Source: Callorhinchus milii (Eukaryota). From it: a stretch of DNA of 64,000 bases. Shown here piece after piece: positions 59,301 to 64,000 of the stretch (positions within the stretch are counted from its first letter, which is position 1; the number at the start of each line of letters is the position of its first letter). A program made the position numbers and the translations under genes. The stretch is from contig NW_024704742.1 of the NCBI RefSeq assembly GCF_018977255.1, forward strand, positions 85,376,001 through 85,440,000. The letters are read 5' to 3'. Under the pieces are notes generated by a model. The model was given only the letters and a program-made list of their open reading frames with translations, had not been told where the DNA came from and did not search any database.

Positions 59301-62300
59301 TCAGGGCTCTGTCCTCGGTCCCCTCCTCTTCACCCTCTACATGCTCCCCCTTGGTGACATCATCTGCAGACATGGGGTAAATTTCCATGTTTGCGGATGA
59401 CATCCAACTCTATCTCTCTGCCTCCACCCTGTTAAGAAAAAAAAACCTTTTCGAGTTCCAATCAAACACAGCCACTGTTTGCAACCAGAGTGGTGTTTAT
59501 TAAACTCCAGGATCCGTCCAAGTTCCCGATGGGCGTGGGCAAGTAAGCACAATCAATCAGTTCACTAACAGAACAATACTACCGCATAATCCCTCCTCGT
59601 GGTCGTCTACTTCTGACTTCTAGCTCTCAGTCTTCCATCCACGATAGGTACTGTCCTGGGCGTGCCGATCTTGGTCTGGCACGGTGTCTTAAGCTTGTGT
59701 CCTTCCAATCATGGTGCGGACATTAGGTCACTGGGCCAAAATCATGCTGGGTTCACGTGAACACCCCATGGGGTGTACGTGCCTCAGCACACATACACAT
59801 TGTCCTTAATTGTCTAAGATAGAGGATTGATCAGTTTAGGGCTGTATCTGGTGCTCATTATTTTGTGGTGTGGGATCATTAGTGCATTCCTTTTAAGTGA
59901 CTGGTTATTCCTTATCAGTATCCCGGGATGGTACCAAGGTCCTCCAGTTTAAGCAACTTGCTCATTAGTTGCTATTCTTAAGGGTTGCCTTCTGTCGGTT
60001 GGCTGGCCCTGTCAGAATCTAGCGACTTATTGCTCAGTTGAGATCCTGTGTTGACCGGTGCCTTGGACCGTTACCTCTGTGGGCTTGTTGTCATTTACTG
60101 ATAAGAGGTGACCCCCTGCCCCTGTCCATTATTCTTTCAAAAACAGAGAAAACCAGATGTGTCCTATCCCATGACTGTCAGTCCAGTTGCCCCCCACACT
60201 TAACTTAAAAGTTAACCCATTCGCAACATCTATTATGATTCTAACATTATACAAAAAGTTAAATCCTAACAACCCTCAACTCCAGGACTACTGGCGTCCT
60301 GACCGACTGCCTGTCCAACATCAAGTCCTGGACGAGGGACCACTTTCTCCAACTCATCATCAGCAAGACACTCCTGATTGGCTCACACCAGCGCCTCCGC
60401 ACCTCGGGCGCTGGCAGCATCAGCCTCCACGGCTGCACATTCAACCTCACAAAGCCAGTCAAACCATGTTTGACCCTGAACTGTCCTTTCTCCTCGACAT
60501 CTGCGCCATGACCGGCACTGCCTACCACCACCTCCGCTACATTGCCAGACTCTGCCACTGCCTCACCCCTCAGGCTACCGAAACCCTCACCCACTCATTT
60601 GGCATATCAAGACTCGATTATGGAAACTCCCTCCTCATTGGCCTTCCCAAGTCTTCTCTTCACAAGCTGCAGATTGTCCAAAGTTCTGCAGCTGATGTAC
60701 TCTTGCGCACCAGACTCCGTGACCCCATCATTCCCACCCTCGCCCAACTCCACTGTCTCCTCATCCCCCAGAAGATCGAGTTCAAGATCCTTATTCTCAG
60801 TTTCAAGGCCATCCATGGCCTTGCCCCCTCCAACCTGCCCGCTCCCTCCGTTCAGTGTACTCCGGTCTGCTCCATGTCTCCCGCCCGACCCACCCTACCA
60901 TGGTGGCCGGGCTTTCTGCCCCTAGACTTTGGAACTCCATCCCACGGTCCCTTCGCCTCGCTTCCTCCCTTGCCTCCTTCAAGGTCGGTCTCAAGACCCT
61001 CTTCGATCATGCCTTCGGTCGACCTCCCACCTCTCTGCCTTCCCCTACCCCATCCCTCCCCCATGTTTGGGTCCTGACCCCTGTCTGTCCAGTGCCTTAG
61101 GACGTCCTCCCGATGTGAAAGGCGCTCTATAAATGTAATTTTGTTGTTTATCAAGTGCAAGGATTATTATTATAAGTTGTTATTTGTTATTGTTGTATTG
61201 TCTTTAAATGTAATATCGCACAGAATTGTGGAAATCTTTTAATTCAGCCTTAATTTGGAAGTCCGTTTTCCCCAGTTCATAAGCACGACAATGTAACCAG
61301 CTTTAAGCAAATCAAAGGGAAGAAGATAATGTAACAATGTATACTGGAAGGATCAGATCAAATGCAGTTTGCTATTGACAAATTTATATCATTGAACTAC
61401 AAGCACCCAGAGGCCTGAAATTTCTAATTTTCTTCACCTTAAGATCATTATTTTGAAATTTCAAGTTGTGCTCATAATTGGGAAGTTCTTAAATGCAGTC
61501 GTATTTTGGAAGCTGTTATTCCAGAATTCTGTGTAATCTAGAATTTTAAGCCAAAACGATCTCCGGGCTAATACCAGGTTGAGTTCCATTATTATTATTG
61601 TTGTTATTATATCTCATCTGCACGTGAGTGGCAAAGCACATTGGTCTTGGTGCAGCTGGGGTTGCTGCTTGGAATACAGTTTCATCTTTCACACTGTACA
61701 CCTTGTTTGACCTTGCAGATACGCTGTCAGGCATTCCCAATCGATCCCGGGGGACACAAAAATATGAGCAGTGGATTGTCGAGATTCAGAAAAAATGCAA
61801 AGTGTTGCAAATGGCAGATGTGGAAGAAGAGAGGCGGATCTGTAAGGCTCTCTTCACTTACACTGAACACTTGAGGGTGAGCGAGTTTTCCTTCACTGTA
61901 ATCAAAGTGTGATCTGTGTCTGCCTGTTCAGTCGGATGCAGTTCAGCAAACCTTGTATTTGATATTGTGCCATCCTTGGGCAACTCAACTTACCCTCCTG
62001 CAGCTAACCTCTGTCTCTCCTCTGGCAGTATAATCCCTCCCCCTTTCAAAACCCCACCTTCTCAAGAAACTCTCCCTCGACACCTGCTACCAACATCTCC
62101 AGCTACCAACTCATCTCCAATCTGCCCTTCATCTCCCAAGGTGCTGGAGCAAGTTGTTGCCTCCCAACTTCACTCCTTCTTCTTCCACCACTCCCTCTTC
62201 AAGTTCCTCCAATCCAGCCCACCCACAGTACTGAGTCTACCCTGGTCCTGTGGAGTCCTGTAGCTTAGTGTTTAAAGCACCCGCCTAACAAACAAGAGGA

Positions 62301-63292
62301 CCCAGGTTCAATGCCCAGGGTGAGCGAAACATTGGGCAAGTTTCCTTACTCCACACGCCTCTGTTTATCTATCAATAAATAGGAACCCGGTTGTTAGTCA
62401 ATTGGCAGATCACTTTCCCGGAGTAATAATCCCTTAAAAAAAGAATGTTAAAAACATTTGGTCACTCAATCCATGACTGTTTGTGGGACACTGCTGTGTG
62501 CAATTGGCTGCTACGTTTTGTCCACAAAATATACAGTCAATATATATTCTGTGAAGCGCTTTGTGATTCTTGAAGTAATAAGACTCTACATCAGAGGCAA
62601 GGATTATTATTATCTGCGGGGGACAGACCTGAGCTTGAAGATCAATTGGATTCACTGTAGCAATGCATTCATGTTTTGAACTGTTTTGGTGGTGGAATAC
62701 AGTGTGACAGTGACATTATGTGGTGGTGCTGGAACTCTCTGAGTCAGAAAGTTGTAGGTTCAAGCTCCATGTCAGGACTTAGAACTTCTACTGTCTAAGA
62801 CGACACTGGAGTGTGCCGCATTGTTGGAGGTGACATCCTTTGGATGAGATGTTAAACCAAGGTCTCGACTCCCGTTTAGAAGATGTTAAAGATCACACAG
62901 CACAGTTCGAAAAGTTAAAGGGGTTTCTCTCTCACGTGGGCCTGGCCAACAATCCCTCAGATAAAATTTGGTCACTCGCTTGTTGACTGTTTGTGGGACA
63001 TTACTGTGCACAATTGGCTGTCGCATTTCGCCCACAAATATACACCGTATCTTCCTTGAAGTTGCTTTGTGACGAACTTCTGATGTGAAAGGTGCTATAC
63101 CATATTTAAATATCATAATTATTATTGTTTGGAAATGTATTGTTTCCTCAACACAGAAATATAATGACACTATGATTATCAACGAGGACGCTCGGACCAA
63201 AGACGCAGTCGAGTATTTGGACCAATTTATTAACAATGTGAAGGGAGGCGGGTTTGATGAGACTGAACGGGAACTTACAGCACTATTTGAAG
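50244..63292 (+). CDS. DDX58: RIG-I / DExD/H-box helicase 58, 5' part (2 CARDs, Hel1, Hel2i); continues beyond the window
   Basis: join(50244..50349,51464..51595,52427..52608,53365..53515,54059..54169,55575..55619,55715..55828,56837..56987,57274..57532,58043..58205,58575..58676,61719..61876,63157..63292). Motifs [50 protein letters not shown] (Walker A), [34 protein letters not shown]. Exon phases join in frame; syntenic with TOPORS. Confidence 0.95.
50825..51144 (-). mobile_element. 320-bp Tc1/mariner deletion derivative (MITE)
   Basis: TA|CAGGGTGTCCACAAAGTCCTGTTAC ... GTAACAGGATCTTGTGGCCACCCTG|TA; minus strand encodes a transposase-like C-terminus [13 protein letters not shown]...[20 protein letters not shown]. 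Confidence 0.85.
51464..51595 (+). CDS. DDX58: DDX58 exon 2
   Basis: [43 protein letters not shown]; cag|...G|gttagt. Confidence 0.92.
51705..51890 (-). mobile_element. Young L2 3' end
   Basis: Near-identical to the 3' end of the L2 at 17525-17840 (single 3'-UTR unit). Confidence 0.88.
51905..52132 (+). mobile_element. AmnSINE2-like SINE remnant
   Basis: ggtcaggcttggctgtgttgccctccatagtcgagtagtctgccaacagtcac; homologous to 6000-6075. Confidence 0.55.
52427..52608 (+). CDS. DDX58: DDX58 exon 3
   Basis: [17 protein letters not shown]...[12 protein letters not shown]; ttgcag|...CAG|gtacct. Confidence 0.93.
53365..53515 (+). CDS. DDX58: DDX58 exon 4 (CARD2 end)
   Basis: [35 protein letters not shown]...; gtgtag|...G|gtagac. 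Confidence 0.92.
54059..54169 (+). CDS. DDX58: DDX58 exon 5 (linker); 3' boundary uncertain, probable GC donor
   Basis: Strong acceptor tgtttcctttag|; [37 protein letters not shown]; a phase-1 exit is best met by CCAG|gcaggt. Confidence 0.65.
54437..54860 (-). mobile_element. Young L2 3' fragment
   Basis: [21 protein letters not shown]...[21 protein letters not shown]; near-identical to the NDUFB6 intron copy. Confidence 0.9.
55575..55619 (+). CDS. DDX58: Candidate extra 45-nt DDX58 linker exon (5b)
   Basis: Pyrimidine tract plus cttag|, (G)[15 protein letters not shown]|gtaagt; symmetric phase 1-1. Confidence 0.6.
55715..55828 (+). CDS. DDX58: DDX58 exon 6 (Q motif, start of Walker A)
   Basis: [37 protein letters not shown]; cccacag|...G|gtacgc. 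Confidence 0.92.
55985..56312 (-). mobile_element. Second mariner MITE copy
   Basis: Colinear with 50825-51144; cacaaagtcctgttac ... gtaacaggactttgtagac. Confidence 0.8.
56837..56987 (+). CDS. DDX58: DDX58 exon 7
   Basis: [18 protein letters not shown]...[15 protein letters not shown]... Confidence 0.93.
57274..57532 (+). CDS. DDX58: DDX58 exon 8 (DECH)
   Basis: ...[10 protein letters not shown]...[26 protein letters not shown]...PLPQ|gtgagt. Confidence 0.95.
58043..58205 (+). CDS. DDX58: DDX58 exon 9 (motif III TAS)
   Basis: [14 protein letters not shown]...ICANLD...[15 protein letters not shown]|gtaagt. Confidence 0.95.
58575..58676 (+). CDS. DDX58: DDX58 exon 10
   Basis: [33 protein letters not shown]; gcag|...G|gtaact. 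Confidence 0.9.
59060..61150 (+). mobile_element. L2 LINE fragment in DDX58 intron 10, split by a solo LTR
   Basis: [41 protein letters not shown]2 tail. Confidence 0.9.
59430..60271 (-). mobile_element. 842-bp solo LTR
   Basis: TGTTA...TAACA termini; 4-bp TSD ACCC (59426-59429 and 60272-60275); AATAAA on the minus strand (tttatt 59496-59501); interrupts otherwise contiguous L2 sequence. Confidence 0.85.
61719..61876 (+). CDS. DDX58: DDX58 exon 11 (Hel2i)
   Basis: [52 protein letters not shown]|gtgagc. Confidence 0.95.
62250..62612 (+). mobile_element. tRNA-derived SINE
   Basis: gtggagtcctgtagcttagtg head, body and tail. Confidence 0.82.
62720..63125 (+). mobile_element. Deu-domain SINE
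   Basis: ggatgagatgttaaaccaagg...gttaaagatc...cctggccaacaatccc. Confidence 0.7.
63157..63292 (+). CDS. DDX58: DDX58 exon 12
   Basis: [46 protein letters not shown]|gtgaaa. Confidence 0.93.
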
Positions 63293-63439
63293 GTGAAATC
63301 TTCTATCAGTTTAATTACTCCTGATATTTCACATTTTCATTTATATGTAAAGAAAAAATACACATTTAGGGTTTCCCCGTTGATGTAATACATAAATGCG
63401 CCTCAGTGTGATACTGATCCAGGCAGCTACAATGGAGCC

Positions 63440-64000
63440 CTGTGATAATTAATGGTCAGGATCCAGAAGATCCCACAAGGTCACTGCTTTTCTCCATTTA
63501 TATAAATGCTTTGGAGTCTATTACAGATGATGGTAGAAGCTTACTGATGTTATAAACACAGAGAGGGTCACTGAGAGTGAAGATTGTAACTGCAACTTCA
63601 GGACATAGACTAGGAGATTGGGCAGAGAGGTGAGGTTAACCTACATAAATCTTTAAATCTGGTATCGTTGTAGGACACCTCCGCATCCTGTCCATGGCTC
63701 TGACATCCTTCCTAAAGTGGGATGACTAAAACTGAACACAGTATTCCAACTTCAGTCTAACTAATGATTTATACAAATGAAGAATTACCTCTCTGTTTTA
63801 TTTTTTGCCCCTATCTATAAAACCTAGGATCCCATGAGCTTTCTTCAAGGTATTGTCCCCCTGCCTTCCCACCTTTAAAGATATTGTATGTTAACCCCTT
63901 GTTCTCTCTGCTCTTCTACTCCTTTTAAATGTTACGATTTAGCGTTCTATTGCTCTCATTGTTATTCCTCCCATTACACATCATCTGTCATTTCTTTGCC
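63440..64000. mobile_element. Degenerate CR1-like LINE fragments (both orientations)
   Basis: ctgcttttctccatttatataaatg (LLFSIYIN) and aactgaacacagtattcca (EYCVQF in antisense). Confidence 0.5.

Overview
Vertebrate genomic DNA rich in L2/CR1 LINEs and tRNA-derived/Deu-type SINEs; the repeat content suggests a cartilaginous fish, possibly a holocephalan (inference only). The window holds the gene block NDUFB6 (+, 4 coding exons, 129 aa), SMIM27 (-, 2 exons, 56-aa microprotein that no single ORF in the track captures), TOPORS (+, 1062-aa RING/RS ORF in one large exon) and DDX58/RIG-I (+, at least 12-13 coding exons, about 603 codons, continuing past the right edge). SMIM27 and TOPORS share a CpG-island bidirectional promoter. 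The first ~16 kb has no recognisable gene. The most notable items are: (1) the SMIM27 orthologue; (2) a probable extra 45-nt RIG-I linker exon that appears to need an upstream GC splice donor; (3) a compact RIG-I promoter with ISRE-like motifs and a tandem repeat; (4) several structurally defined mobile elements: a CCHC-knuckle non-LTR element nested with a TSD in an AmnSINE2-like repeat, a Helitron, a solo LTR and mariner/pogo MITEs. No prokaryotic systems or CRISPR arrays were seen. All homology calls are from manual translation and recalled family sequences, not database searches. Repeat boundaries are approximate unless termini are quoted.
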